Counted from the first letter of the stretch, positions 1-17,711 are shown. The stretch is 64,000 nucleotides of DNA from Amoebidium appalachense (GCA_963693365.1 CAVNZM010000007.1:4461962-4525961); one strand, 5' to 3'. Program-made: numbers and translations. The notes: generated from the letters alone by a model not told the origin.

Positions 1-1
1 G

Positions 2-523
2 GTGGCTACTGAGACAGGCAAAAAGAAGAAGAAGAGAAAGGAGGAGGACGAGTCAACCACTGAGGCAGGCAAAAAGAAGAAGAAGAGAAAGGAGGAGGAA
101 GGGGAAGAGTTGGTTGTTGAGACAGGCAAAAAGAAGAAGAAGAGAAAGGAGGAGGAAGAAAAAGAGAAGAAGGGGGAGAAGTTGGCTACTGAGTCAGGCA
201 AAAAGAAGAAAAAGGGAAAGGCGGAGAAGGAGGAAGAGTCAACCAGTGAAACAGGCAAAAAGAAGAAAAAGGGAAAGGCAGAGAAGGAGGAAAAGTCAAC
301 CAGTGAAACAGGCAAAAAGAAGAAAAAGGGAAAGGCAGAGAAGGAGGAAGAGTCAACCATCGAGACAGGCAAAAAGGAGAAGAGTAAATCTGTGCAAGGC
401 GAAGATGGCAAGGGAAATGTGAAAACAAGCAAGAAGGCCGGGAAGGAGGAGGGCAAAAAGAGGGCACGGGGGGACACGGACGGGGGGCAGGATGGGCCCA
501 GCAAGAAGAAGCGCAAGGCCTAG
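2..523 (+). CDS. 3' end of an upstream gene encoding a Lys/Glu-rich low-complexity repeat protein (possibly nucleolar); partial
   Basis: Open frame from the window edge to TAG 521-523. Contains repeated ETGKKKKK units and a C-terminal NLS-like PSKKKRKA. Confidence 0.65.
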   Translation: MATETGKKKKKRKEEDESTTEAGKKKKKRKEEEGEELVVETGKKKKKRKEEEEKEKKGEKLATESGKKKKKGKAEKEEESTSETGKKKKKGKAEKEEKSTSETGKKKKKGKAEKEEESTIETGKKEKSKSVQGEDGKGNVKTSKKAGKEEGKKRARGDTDGGQDGPSKKKRKA

Positions 524-610
524 CAGCCGGGCATCTTCTGCCCGACACTGGCAAGCAACTACATTCACGCATGCACTCTCACACATAAACACAAACCTTT
601 TTCTCAGATA

Positions 611-646
<36 letters not shown>

Positions 647-1684
647 ACACCCCCTGCTTCTCCCTCTCGATCTCTCTATTTCTCGCTCGGCACGTATGGC
701 TATTTGTGGTGGGGTGGCGGCTCAGTGGGCCGTAGATAGCATTTTTAGAGAGATGCTTTTTCTTCTTTTGCTTTTGTGTGTGTGTGTGTTTGTGTTACAG
801 TGTGTTGGTGGGTGTGTGGGAGAATTTTTCTACACTGCCTCCAATATGTTCTTGAATGATGTATGAAACCATGATAGATTTTTTTGACTCTTGTATGCAA
901 GATCGATATAGGGCTAGAGGTGACGTGTACAGGGCTGGCCTGTGACATGGTGCTAATAAAGATTAGTGTTGGCTGGCTGCCCAGAATACAAGACCTGAGC
1001 CAATAATTTGTTGGATCCGGTGGCCTACCCGTGCCACACAGGGCCCAGTGCCAGGCGGCCCCATACACACGTGTGGCAGTGGGAGGACTGCGGTGTCCAT
1101 GCAGCCATAGGCCAGCAACTTGATGCTACTTATAGGGGTCACCGTGCTCGAGAAGGCTCGGCACGGCGCAAACAGGAAACACAGAGCGGACAGACAGAGC
1201 CGAAACACGGAGTTGAGGTGGGCCAGCCTACATAACATACACCCAGCAACGTTAACAGCAAACGTATAGCAACAGGTAAACACAGCAGACACGAAGGCAC
1301 AAACAGGAATAAGTCTAAGTATGATACCAATCTACATTAAGTCTTTAACTACTATGTTCGCACACACACGCAGAATGTACCATACACACACTGTGACACA
1401 CAAACACACCGTACACGAGCACATACATCATACGTGTATACACACACACACAGTCACACACACACACACACACACACATACACACACACACACGTATGAT
1501 AAATTCACACACCCAAGTGTACACACACACATGCATAAGTTGGCTTACAAACACACACACACGTGTACACAACACACACACGTCACACACACACACACGC
1601 ACAAACACACACACATACATATAGGCTTAACTCACACAAAAACACACACACTGCTACACACAAGCGCACACACACACGTGTACA

Positions 1685-1826
<142 letters not shown>

Positions 1827-2734
1827 GAAAATATTGCACCAGCCCCTTCCAGATATTGCACCAGTTCCATAGCTGACTGCAGCCAGTGAGTTGCCTGTTT
1901 TTCTAACCCAAAAAATACAACCCCCGACCTAACGTCTGTGGATGCTGGGCACCCACATTGCTGAGACACATGATATCCTGAGTGGGGGTGTATTAAAGAT
2001 GTCAATTGGAAGGTGGGTGGCGATGGGGAACAGTGTTGGGAACACGTGACATACTCATGAACCCCATACTATGGAGGCTGGATGGGGAACACGTGTTAGA
2101 CTCGTGATCCCCAGTGGCAATATTAACAGGCAAAATGCCCATAGACGGCTGGGTGGGGAACACGTTATACACTCATGACCCCTTGGAGCTAGACTGGGTG
2201 TTGGAATATGAATATTGGATGTTGGAATATTGGCCCACGGACTCCGGGAACATGTTGACATGTTGACATGATCCCCATGGGAGACTGGGTCTGAGGCATG
2301 ACCCTTGTTAGACTCTAGCTGGGGAACATGTGTCACTGCCTCGATGAGGGCACCACGTTTCTGCGTGCCGTAGCAACCTCCTTGCCGATATCTGGAGGCC
2401 TTGCAACTTACCTGAGTTGCCTCCCTGCTCTGTCACAAGTTCCACGCTTGCGGACATGCGATTGGCGCACCGAGCATCAGCCCTGTTTGCGCAATCCCTC
2501 TCTTGGTGCGCTTGCCTGGTGTACCGGTACTCTGGACTGCCAGCAAAGTTTCTGGCAAGGCTCTCTGGAAGAGACAATATACCGAGGAGGCCTTGGTGTG
2601 AACTGAGTCCATGCGCTTGTATCGTGTGCATTACGCGTGCGATTTGGGGCAGCCAGGCACATACGCAGAACACACACACAAGCCGCTTGTCAGTTTGTCT
2701 CACACCAGCAGCCAACACCCCTGTGGATGGCAGC

Positions 2735-6321
<3,587 letters not shown>

Positions 6322-6394
6322 GCACCTGGGGCCAGCCCCGGCATGTGTAATGGATGAAATGCAGCCCGGTCCAGCCGGTGCAGTGCAAGTGCAC

Positions 6395-9307
6395 TTAGGC
6401 CGGTGGCCGCCAGCCTGGCGGGGGCATGGGCGGCATTCCTGGTCGCAGCAACCCTGCACCCAACCAACGCCGTCAGACGCCATACCCCCCCCCCCCCCCC
6501 CCCCCCCCTCCCCCCCCACCGTGCACACGGCATGGCACCCACCTGGCGGCAGCATGCCTGGGGGCAGGGGCATGGCCGGTGCGGCATGGGGCGCCATGCC
6601 AAGCAGGCCGGCAGCACCGGGCATGGCGGGGAAGCCCCCCACAGCCACCGTGATGGGCGTCAGCGCAGGCACGGGCGGTGGAATATAAAATCCTGCAGGG
6701 GGGATGGGTCAGGCCCACACTGCTAGCCATTGGGGTGTGTCTGTGGCATGCATGCACGTGCCTGGTGTACGTGTGTGTGTGGCATGCATGCACGTGCCTG
6801 GTGTACGTGTGCCACGGTGCAAGTGGCTGCATGCGCCTGGGCGGGTAACAGTGTGCCCGTGTGTGTGTGTCTTTAAAGGCCTATATGAATACTCTATTCC
6901 TACTTGTGTGTGTGCCTATGTAGCATGATATGTCACATGGGTGTTTGCATGTGTGAGCAAGTACGTGCTTGCAAAAACTGCATGTGTCTGTGTGGGTGGG
7001 CGCATGTGCATGCCAGGGTGACTTCACTTGTATATGCTTGTGTATGGACATATGTACTTGGTGCTTGTGCGCGTGTTTTTCTATGCTCCCGTGTGCGTGT
7101 GTCTTAAGGTTTGCACATGCCTGTACATTTGTGTTTGTGTGTTCGCAAGTACATGTGTATTTGTGTTTGTATGTTTGCATGTGCATATGCATATGTATTG
7201 GTATGCTCGCGTGAGCATGTGTGTTAGGTGTTCAGGTCTACTTGTGGATTTGTATGGCCGAACATGCGTTGATGTGTTGTGCATGATCTCTGTGGGTGGG
7301 GGATGCATGAATCTGATCTTGTGCATGTTTATGGACGTAACTGCAGACCTCTGCCATTCCCCTCAGTGTGTGTGTGTGCACTCGTAACGTGTGCACTTAA
7401 AGTGGGTAGGTTTTGCCCTGTGTCTAGACAATTTGTGGCCGAGGCCGTGTTTCTGCATATGATGGTGCGTGTCTTTGTGCTTCTCATGCGGGTGTGCCAC
7501 CTGGTCACGTGTGCACACGTGTGTTTTGTGTTTTTGTGCGTCCCTCATGTGGCCTGTCCATTGGTGGTGGTGATGGGCGGATATTTTCTTTTTCTGGGGG
7601 TGTTGGGGGGCGGGTGGGGCGTGTGTGTGTGTGTGTGGGGGGGGAAAGCTGGATGTGTGTAGATTTGTGTGTGCTTCGGGATTTGTGGTGGTGGTGGTGG
7701 TTTGGTGGCATGCAAAGCTGTGTGTAGCTCTTTTTGTGTGCTTGAGAGAGAGAGAGAGAGAGGGAGAGAGAGAGTGTGTGTGTGGTTGTGTGTGTGCGCA
7801 CGCGTGCGCATGTGCGCGCGCGTGTGCGCACATGCGCACGCGTGCGCGTGTGCATGCGTGCGTGTGTGATTGCCTGGCATGTGCCTGTGTGTGGTTGTGT
7901 GCGTCTGCTTGTGTGGGGCTGTGTGCACATGCCTGTGTGGGCTGTGTTCATATGCCTGTATGTGTCCTCCATGTAATGTGTGTGGTAGAGTGCATATGCA
8001 TGCCTGTATGCTGTGTGTAAGTGTGTGGCCAGGCGCATACCCACGTGTGTGGTTGTACCGTGCGTGTGTGCATGTGTGACACTGCGGTGTGTGTGGCAGT
8101 GTGTGTGTATACATATGTGCGTGCACATATGTGGCTGTGCCGGGTGTGTGGCAGCGTGTATGCGTGTGCATACGTGCGTGCATATGTGTGTGACTGTGCC
8201 ATGTGTGGCAGCGTGTATTTGTATGCATGTGTGTGTGCATATGTGTGACTGTGCCGTACGTGTGACAGCATGCAATTCATGTACATATGTGTGCCTGTAC
8301 CGTGTGTGTGGCAACGTGTATGTGTGTACATATGTGCGTGCATATGTGCGGCTGAGCCGTGTGTGTGGCAGTGTGTATGTGTGTGCACCTGTGTGGCTGT
8401 GCCGTGTGTGTGGGAATGTATATGTGTGTGCACATGTGTGGCTGTGCCGTGTGTGTGGCAATGTGTATGTGTGTGCATGTGTGGCTGTGCCGTGTGTGGC
8501 AGTGTGTACGTGTGTGCACGTGTGGCTGCACCGTGTGTGTGTCAGTGTGCATGTGTGCGCATGTGTGTGTGTATATGTATGTGCATATGTGTGGCTGTGC
8601 TGTGTGTGTGTCAGCGTGTATGTGTGCGCATACGTGTGCATGTACGTGTGCGCATATGTGTGTGCATATTTTTGGCTGTGTGTGGACTGCAGCATACCCT
8701 GGGCGGCCAGGCTCTCCTGGTGGTCCTCGACCCACTTCTGGTAGTAGGCCCGCACGTTGTCGCGGTGCTTGCGCCCTTGGTTGTGTGTCTTGCGCACAGA
8801 CGCCTGCCACCCCCCCTCTCAGCCCCCCACCCCCTATCAGACCAGCAGGCAAGGGGCAGGCACCTACCGAGTCGTGTGTGAGGTAGGCGTCACAGTAGTC
8901 GCAGTAGTATCTGAGCCACAAGTCAGCATCGCACACACAGGTACAGAAAACCAACCACTTGCACGTGTACACAGGTGACCATGCATGGACAAACACACGT
9001 GTGAAAAAAAAACAAACTCATAAAGAGATGTACGTCTACCTTCACGCACACACACACACGCAGGGACATAAACGGCACCTGAAAGCGTTACACTCTAACT
9101 GACACACGCTGACACTGGTGAGCAAGAATGTGCTCAGACACAGGCCTGCACACACCACAAAACACAAGCACCCACGCATGCACACACCACATGCCCACCA
9201 AACTACCCTCTCGCCCTCCTACATACCCACGACGTTTTCAGCACAAGCACACGCGCACTCCGCCAACACGCACACTCACACCCTTCTCCCTGTACACACC
9301 TCGGCAT
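6395..9307 (-). CDS. SNRPC: U1 snRNP protein C (U1-C), 5 coding exons
   Basis: ATG CCG AG|A TAC gives [41 protein letters not shown] (U1-C zinc finger), followed by Pro/Gly/Met-rich exons at ~6693-6543 and ~6453-6395. Confidence 0.93.
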
Positions 9308-9583
9308 GGTTGCGCTGTGGCCTCAGGCACCTTTGGTTAGCAAGCACTGAGGGTGGTCGCAGCACGTTGTGCTTTAAATTTAGCCTGGCACGTAAGTAAG
9401 GTTCGGGGGTCGTGCTTTCTGAAACTATGCGCGAATTTCTAGTTTTGGGGGGCGGTATATTTGCGTGGTGTGTTTGCGCTTGCCTACTGTGTAAAATCTT
9501 GCATCATACATCACAGTGATACAGCATAAATGTTGTCTTGACTGTCTGAACTTCCTGGCCTTTTAAGACAAGCGGCCCTGCTG

Positions 9584-9612
9584 TGACGTCATCATTGCGC
9601 GCTGTGACGTCA
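9584..9612. promoter_or_regulatory. Two perfect CRE/ATF palindromes (TGACGTCA) upstream of U1-C
   Basis: GCTGTGACGTCATC occurs twice, 21 bp apart, ~280-300 bp upstream of the U1-C ATG. Confidence 0.35.
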
Positions 9613-9946
9613 TCTGGCATGGTAACTGACCAAAATATTGTCCAGTTTTCGCTGAATGTGTAAGGAAAAATAAGGAGCCATCTCAGTAGGTGGCAGGGGG
9701 TTGCCATGAAGATTCGCTACCCTTTGCGACCGTTATAGGTTGACTAATTAATGAGTGAATCATGAATGCCTCGATTGATGTGCTCAAGTGTCGCGCGCGG
9801 GCGTGACTGTGTGTGTGCGCGCCACCGTGTGAGGGTGCACACACGGGGTGGCTGGGGGCCATCACAGCCAGCACGGCCACAGCACAAGCACAGGCCAAGC
9901 CAGAGTCTGCCTGCAAGTGCAGCCCCTCCTTTTGGCTGACTAAGTA

Positions 9947-9980
<34 letters not shown>

Positions 9981-10300
9981 ATGTGAACGGTGACAGAGGG
10001 GGGCGGGGGGTTGGGGGTTGCTAGGGTGTATCTGCAGATGCAAAGTTTCAGGGCCCGGGGGTCATCCACAGCAGACCATGGCTTGCACAGTCACACACAT
10101 GCAAAGCTAGGCGCACACACTGACGTGGAATGGGGCCACACGAGGCCCAGTGTCTTCTGGCCGTGTGGTGGCGCTGCAGGGCCAGCCCGCAAGCAATGGT
10201 GGGCTGGTGGTCCACATTTATATAAAAGGATGGTGGGCTAGTACATCATGGGCTAAAGGGGCAGGCTGGTGCCTCGCATCTTAGGCTACACTGCCAGGCC

Positions 10301-13300
10301 TCACTTCATGGACTCGTAGACGTTGATGGCGTCCTGCAGACTGGCTAGCTCGCCCTCCAGCGCCTTGGCCTTCTCGTCGTTCTGCAGGCGCACCTGCTCG
10401 GGCACCTTGTCGCTGTAGCCCTGCACGGCCATGGCCTGCTGCAGCTTGGCCAGCTGCCCCGCCACCTCCCCCTGCCGCTTGACGGCCTTGCCCAGCTCCT
10501 TCTCCGCATCCACAAGCCCCTGCACACACACCCTCAGCACCAACCCCCCCTCCCCCCCCCCCCCCCCCCCCCCCACATGCCCCTGGCTGCACACCTTGAC
10601 CACCACGTAGACGTCGCAGCGGTCCCCCACGGGAGCAATTGCAGCACCGATGTCTGCACTGGGCTTGTCATTGAGCAGCAGGGTGCAGCTGCCCGTGGCT
10701 GCCAAGGCCTCGATCATGCCCTGGTACTTGGCTGCCGTGGCATGTGTGGCCTCGTTCTTGCAGTTGACCAGCACTGCAAAAGATAGTCAGCACATGCACA
10801 CAACCCCCCCTGGCTGCATGCAGCACGCACCGTCTGGGCGGCTCTTTGGTTGCAGGTAGCGGGCGCGCACTGAGCGGATGGCCTTTGTGATGTCGTAGGC
10901 CACGGCATGCTCCTCCTCCAGCCCCACGTCCCGGTGCAGGTCCTGCAGCAGTGTCAGCAACAGGCCCAACCCGTGCCAGGCCCCGGGGCCGTGCATTGTA
11001 TACCTCCTCGGGGTAGGGGGCCACCATGATGCTGGGGGGGCAGGTGGGGGTGCGGCGGGGCAGGCGCTGCCACAGCTCCTCGGTGACAAAGGGCATGATG
11101 GGGTGCAGCAGCCGCAGGCCCACGTCCAGGCACGTGTACAGCACCTCCTGCGCAGTGGCCTTGGCCCCCTCGTCGCTGCCGGCAAACACGGGCTTGATCG
11201 ACTCCTGCACAAATGGTCAGCACCGGCTAGTGGGAAGGGTGCAGGGGGAGGGGGGGGAAATGGATGTGCTGTGCTAAAGAGATAAAGAGTGCAGAGCACA
11301 CAACCGCGACAGGCAACACCATGAGCACACACCAGGTAGACGTCGCAGAAGTCGTAGAGCCAGAAGTTGTAGATGGCCTGGGTGACGGCCGGGAACGTGT
11401 AACTGGCCATGTTCTCGTTGACCCCCGCCACGGCCGCAGACAGCCGCGACAGGATCCACCGGTCCAGCAGCGAGTGGCCCGGCCCGGCCCGCTGCTCGGC
11501 AGGCGCGGGCTGGAAGCCGGGGGGCAGGCGCATGAGGGCAAAGCGGGTGGCGTTCCACAGCTTGTTGCAGAAGTAGCGGTAGCCCACGATGCGGTTGACG
11601 TCCAGGTTTGCGTCCTTGCCGGCCATGGTGTAGGACACCAGGGCAAAGCGCAGCGCATCCGTGCCGCACTCGGGGATGCCTGCCGGGTAGTCGTCCTTCT
11701 GGCCCCGCTTGGCCTTCTCGACCTCCCTGGGGTCCAGGTTGCCCTCCAGCAGCTTGGCGTACAGGCCGTCCAGGCTGATGCCGTGGATCACGTCCATGGG
11801 GTCCACCACGTTGCCCAGGGACTTGCTCATCTTGCGCCCGTGCGCATCGCGGATCAGCGCATGCAGGTACACCTGCACACCACCACTCAGTGCCCAGCCC
11901 CCATGCGCCCCCCCGCCCCCATGGCCACACATGTGCCCCTTGCCCCACATGTTAACCCCCCCCCCCCCCCCCCCCCCACACACACACACAAGGCCACAGA
12001 TGTGCTCCTTGACCCATATGTTCCCCTCCCTCCCCCCCCCCCCCTCCCTCCCCACAAGGCCACACATGTGCTTCTTGCCCCAAATCTTACCCCCCCCCCC
12101 CCTCCCTCCCCACAAAGCCACCCCGCCCCCTCCTCCCCACAAGTCCACACACATGCCTCCCCACAAGGCCACACATGTGCTTCTTGCCCCAACATGTTAC
12201 CCCCCCCCCCCCCCCTTCTCCCCACAAGGCCACACATGTGTTGCCCCAAGTGTTACCCCCCTCCCCCCTCCAAAAGGCCACACATGTACTCCTTTCCCCT
12301 TATGATACTTCCCCGGCCACACGTGCGCACCTTGCCTCACATGTTACTTCCCCCCCACAGCCCACACCTGTGCACCTTGCCCTCCGTGGTACCCCCACCC
12401 ACACGTGGCCGTTAGCGCACCTCCGTGAAGGGCAGGTCGCCCATGAGGCTCAGGCCCATCATGACCATTCTTGCCACCCAGAAGAACAGGATGTCGTGCC
12501 CCGTCTCCAGCAGCTGCCCCGGATAGAACCTGCATATGCCCCCCCGCCCTCAGCCCCTCCCCCTCCCCCCCCCCCCCCCCACAAACCCCCCTGGGCGGCA
12601 GGGCACTACCGCTTGAGGTCGTCAGTCTGCTCGGGCCAGCCAAAGATGCTGAAGGGGAACAGGCCCGACGAGAACCACGTGTCCAGCACGTCGGGGTCCT
12701 GGTGCAGCCGTATGCGCCCGGCATCGACCCCAAACTTGGCTGCTGCCTGTGCCACGGCCTGCAGCAGACTGGGTCAGTGGTGGGTGTGGGGCCAGCAGGC
12801 AGGGCCAGGGCACGCACCTCCTCCTCTGTGGGGGCCACAATCCAGTTGGCCTGGTCGTTCTCGTCCAGGGGCTGGCCCCCCTCAATCTCCACAAAGTAGG
12901 CCGGGATGCGGTGGCCCCACCACAGTTGCCGGGAGATGCACCAGGGCTTGATGTTCTCCAGCCTAATGCCCTGCCTCAGCACCCCTGCCCTCCTGCCACC
13001 CCCTCCGCCCCCCCCTGTGCACGCACCAGCGGTACCAGGTCTTCTCGTGCAGGCTGGGGATCAATTTGAGGCGGCCGTCCCTCACGGCCTGCACGGCTTC
13101 AGCAGCGGGCTGGGCGCAGTCCAGGAACCACTGGGGCTTGATCATGGGCTCGACAATGTCCTTGGTGCGGCTGCACACGGGCAGCACCATGGGGTTGCTG
13201 ACTGACCCCCGGAACAGACCGGCCTCCTTGAGGGCCGCCAGCACGGCATTGCGGGCGTCAAAGCGCTTGAGGCCCTGGAAGCGCGGGCACACGTGGTTGA

Positions 13301-13857
13301 TGGTGCCGTCATCGTTCAGGATGTTGACCACGGGCAGGCCGTGGCGCAGGCCCAGCTCGTAGTCGTTGAAGTCGTGGCCCGGCGTGATCTTGACGGCCCC
13401 CGTGCCAAAGCCCATCTCCACATAGTCGTCCTCCACAATGGGCAGCTTCGCCCCCGTGAACGGGTGCAGCACATGGCGCCCTTGCAGGGGCTAAACCCAC
13501 CCAGTCAGCACGGCCCGGCCGCACCCAGCCAGCCCATTTGGGTGCATGCCTTGTAGCGCTCATCGTTGGGGTGCACAGCCACGGCCGTGTCGCCCAGCAT
13601 GGTCTCGATACGGGTCGTGGCCACCACAATCTCCTCGTCTGCATCACCCCGTCAGCACACAGGCACCATCCCCCCATCCCCCTTCTGGCTGCAATGCGCA
13701 CCTGAGCCATCGACCTTGTAAGCAAAGGAGGTCAGGGTGCCGAACTCATAGAGGGTGTCGCCGTGGCCCACCACGGTCATCATGGTGGCCCCCTCCAGCT
13801 CCTTGTGCTCCACCTCCAGGTCCTGAACAAACACTCAGCACACCCCCCAGCCCACAG

Positions 13858-13902
<45 letters not shown>

Positions 13903-16219
13903 TGCACGCACCGAGATAGCCGACTTGAGCTGTGTGCACCAGTTGACCAGCCGTGTGCTGCGGTACACCATGCCCTTCTCGTGGAACTTGACAAATGCCG
14001 CCGTCACAGCCCGTGCCATTTTCTGCGGCCCAGTCAGGCGCCATGGCCCCGCACCCCCCACCATTTATTTGCAGGGCCACCCACCGGGTCCATGGTGAAG
14101 CAGGCCCTGTCCCAGTCCACTGACGCCCCCAGTCCCCGCAGCTGGTCGTGGATCCGGTGCCCGTACCTGCAAAACTGTCAGCACCCCCTACCTCCCCCCC
14201 CCCCCCCCCCTCCCCCTGCAGGGGCACGCACTGGTCCTTCCACTTCCAGACCTCGGCCACAAACACCTCCCTCCCAATGTCGTGCCTGGTCACACCCTTC
14301 TCCCGCCACAGCTTCTTCTCCACCACCACCTGCCCTGCCCATCAGCCCTGCCCGCCATGCCCCCCCACCCCCTCCCAGGCGCCCACCTGTGTGGCTATGC
14401 CTGCATGGTCCGTACCCGGGTTCCACAGCACCGTCTTGCCCCGCATCTGGTGCCTGTCTCCCTCTGTCAGTGCCCCCCCCCCCCCCCCCCCCTCCCCCAG
14501 GTGATGCGCACCAGCGGGCCAGGGTGTCCTCGATGGCGTTTGTCAGGGCATGGCCCAGATGCAGCGAGCCCGTGACGTTGGGTGGGGGGATGCACATCAT
14601 GAAGGTGCCCTTGGGGTTGTCCTGCACGTGCTCGTTCTGCCCCCACCTGTCAGAACCCGCCCGCCACCCTGGCCCCCCGCCCCCCGGCAGGCTGCACTTT
14701 ACCTTGCCCTCGGGCTTGAAGAAGCGCTCCTGCTCCCACCAGTCGTACCAGGCGGCCTCCACATATTTGGGGTGGTAGGCGTCCGGCAGCGCCTGGCTGG
14801 TGTCTGCTTGCAACACTCAGCAACTCCTCCCCCCCCCCCCCCCCCCCCAGTGGGTTGCATTCTACCTTTGCGCTCGCCCTTGGGGGTGGTGTTGATAAAG
14901 TCCAGCTCCATGGCCTCCTTCTTCTCCTTCTTCTTCGGCTTGTCCTCCGCCCCATCCTGTGCCCCTACTCAGCACACTCCGCCCCCCCCCCCCCCCCCCC
15001 CCCCCCCCCAAACCCCCCACCCCTCCCCCCACACACATTCTCCTTCACTGGGCGGGTTGCTGCGGCCTTCTGCTTGGCCTCGAACTTTGCCAGCTTGGCC
15101 AGGCGGGCCGCCTCCTTCTTGGGGTTGCTGGTCTTCTTCTCTCCGTCATCACCCTCCGCACTGCCTGCTGCTGCCCACCGTCACACCACGGCACACACAC
15201 CACATACCCACCCCCACAAAGCCGCAAACCTATCCACCCACCCGCTCGGCCGGCATACGCACACGCACAACATTGCCTTCCGACCACACACAAGAGGATT
15301 TTGTCATCTGAACAACACCCTCACTCAGCTGCCCACCAACACAAAAGGTCTCCATCTACCTTTGCATTAACCCAACATGCCCTCATTTCTTCACCAGCAG
15401 CAGAAGACACTCACTCAACCATCAGTGCCATAGGCCCTTAATCATACAACGTCCGCAATAGCCTTGTCCAATCCACCCACACAAAAGGTAGTCCATTCAC
15501 TCACACATCGGCTCTCGCTCTTCTACTAGCACAAATATCCACACACACAACACAGGGTCCAAACATCTGAAACGGCGAGACACTAGGGCCCTCTTCAGAG
15601 GAGCACGAGGCACGACACAGTGGTGAAAGTGCTAAGCACTGAAAGCAGCTGTCTACTCGGTATTGGCCCTACACTGCTGCGCCTACTGGACCTAGTGTGC
15701 CGAGACCAAAGACTCTGTGTTGTGCTCGTGTTTACTTGACCAGCTGTGTAATGGTTTGTGTAAACGTGCCTATAAACACGTATGCTTGTACCATGCACGT
15801 GCTTGTGTGTGCATGCGTGCCTGCAGCGAGACAGAGAAGGAGAGAGTGGGAGAGACGGACAGAGGTGTATGTGTGTGTGTATGTGTGTGTGTGTGTGTGT
15901 GTGCACCTGTGTGCATGTGTGTTTGTATCTGTGTGCACCTTGCTGCTTCGGCTTTTCCTTCTTTGCGTCCAGATCTATGCCCGTCAGTGCCTTATAGTCG
16001 CCCTTGAGCGCCTTGAGCTTTTCTACGTGCGGTTCCAGCTGCCCCGCCCCAACAAGTGTCAGCTGCCGGCTGCCGTGTATGCAGGCAGGGCCTTGCACGC
16101 ACCTTAGCCTTGTCGACCACGCCGTCGTGCTTCAACTTGCGCACCAGCTCGGCCTGGGCGGCTATCTGCGCCTCCAGGTCGCTGGCCTGCGCCTGCTGCT
16201 CCGCACTTAGGCGCTCCAT
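10301..16219 (-). CDS. VARS1: Valyl-tRNA synthetase (~21 exons) with a predicted N-terminal WHEP domain
   Basis: Spliced exons contain [13 protein letters not shown] (HIGH), [40 protein letters not shown] and a C-terminal coiled coil. All junctions can be joined in phase. Confidence 0.95.
11920..12400 (-). repeat. Degenerate intronic minisatellite (CCCCACAAGGCCACACATGTG core) in a ValRS intron
   Basis: About 7-8 degenerate copies separated by C-runs. Confidence 0.7.
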
Positions 16220-16348
16220 GTTTGTGTGTGTCTGACTGTGTGTGTATGTGCACTGCGCATGTGTGCGCTGTTTGATCGACCTTTCGGATCAAAATCACGC
16301 ATCAGCCCATGAGTCAGTCACACGTGCCCTGCGCCCAGCACAGACGCT

Positions 16349-17253
16349 ATGGCCAAGCACAGGAAGGACGCCCAGCCGGTAAAGGCCCCGCCCAAGCAGC
16401 CGCTGCGGAAAACGAAGGACGGGCCCGCCAAGAAGAAGCCGGCAAAGAAGAAGGTGCGTCCTGCTTGCTGGCCCGTGCCTGGCCTGGGGTGTGGCGGCTA
16501 GCTGACGGGGGATGGGTGCAGCTCAACTCACAGAAGACACAGCTGCTGGTGGGGGCCATGGACAGCGCCTTTGTGGATGTCCAGCACGCACAGTTGACAC
16601 GCGCAGAGGCGCGCCGCCAGCACGCCAGTACCAAGGCAAGGCTCGCTCACACGCACTTCCCTTTTGCACAGTGCCAAGGTCAAGCAGGTGTCACACTGCC
16701 CTGCCACATAGCAAAGACTGGTACACACACTCACACACACACACGCATGCACACACACACACACACACACACACACGCGGGAACAAAGAACACTACCCTG
16801 CTGCACAGTGCGAAAATGCACGTTCTCATGCTTCCTCACATGCACACACACATTTACTTGGTCTGTCTGCAATCCACTGCTGCGAAGACACATAGGCACA
16901 CCGCCCTGCTGCACAGCACCAACACACACATGAACATGCACACGCACACACAAGCACACACGCATGCGCGTGCGCGCACACACACACACGCACACATCTC
17001 CATGCACTGCCTTGCGGCATAGTGCGAACACACTCACACAAACACACACACACACGCAAACACACACACACACAGACATGCACACTGCCCTGCTGCACAG
17101 TGCCAGGCACTGCCTTGCTGCATAGTGCCAACACACTCGTAAACACACACATCCACACACACACACACACACACAGACATGCACACTGCCCTGCTGCACA
17201 GCGCCAGGCACTGCCTTGCTGCATAGTGCCAACACACTCGTAAACACACACAT

Positions 17254-17318
<65 letters not shown>

Positions 17319-17392
17319 TGCACACTGCCCTGCTGCACAGCGCCAGGCACTGCCTTGCTGCATAGTGCCAACACACTCGTAAACACACACAT

Positions 17393-17449
<57 letters not shown>

Positions 17450-17677
17450 CACACTGCCCTGCTGCACAGCGCCAGGCACTGCCTTGCTGCATAGTGCCAA
17501 CACACTCGTAAACACACACATCCACACACACACACACACACAGACATGCACACTGCCCTGCTGCACAGTGCCAGGCACTGCCTTGCTGCATAGTGCCAAC
17601 ACACTCGTAAATACACACATCCACACATACACACACACACACACAGACATGCACACTGCCCTGCTGCACAGTGCCAG

Positions 17678-17711
<34 letters not shown>

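Noticed and set aside
1008-1235. Short ORF with an IQ-like segment (LDATYRGHRAR)
   Set aside because: No ATG or convincing in-phase splice acceptor, and the motif lacks the IQ core; cannot be supported.
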